Shown: piece by piece, positions 63,567 to 64,000 of the stretch
Position numbering within the stretch: position 1 is the stretch's first letter
Layout: every line of letters starts with the position of its first letter
From: the human T2T-CHM13v2.0 reference genome, Homo sapiens
DNA length: 64,000 nt
Assembly: GCF_009914755.1 (NCBI RefSeq)
Contig: NC_060938.1
Strand: one strand, 5' to 3'
The notes under the pieces: generated by a model
Told to the model about the DNA's origin: nothing
What the model saw: the letters and a program-made list of their open reading frames with translations, nothing else
Databases searched by the model: none
Made by a program: the position numbers and the translations under genes

Positions 63567-64000
<434 letters not shown>

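Overview
Primate (human or great-ape-like) AT-rich non-coding DNA, either intergenic or deep intronic. I find no host protein-coding exon. Almost every listed ORF is a chance ORF or an Alu/L1/L2/LTR translation; the only long one (800 aa) is part of L1 ORF2. Content: 15 Alus, one young 5'-truncated L1PA2/3-type element, old L1M/L2/MIR fragments, solo LTRs (THE1, MST, MLT2, LTR16-like) and small DNA transposons (MADE1, MER5, MER94-like). Notable observations: (1) a U11 snRNA retropseudogene split by an MST LTR with a 5-bp TSD; (2) a 23-nt 3' transduction carried by the young L1; (3) a 104-bp local duplication that captures an Alu junction; (4) a templated-insertion repair scar inside a MIR; (5) a ~14-kb transposon-poor block with homeobox/TALE motif clusters resembling a conserved developmental enhancer region. 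I see no evidence for a new multi-gene biological system. Repeat family and subfamily calls come from recalled consensus sequences, not from a run search, and boundaries of old repeats are approximate.
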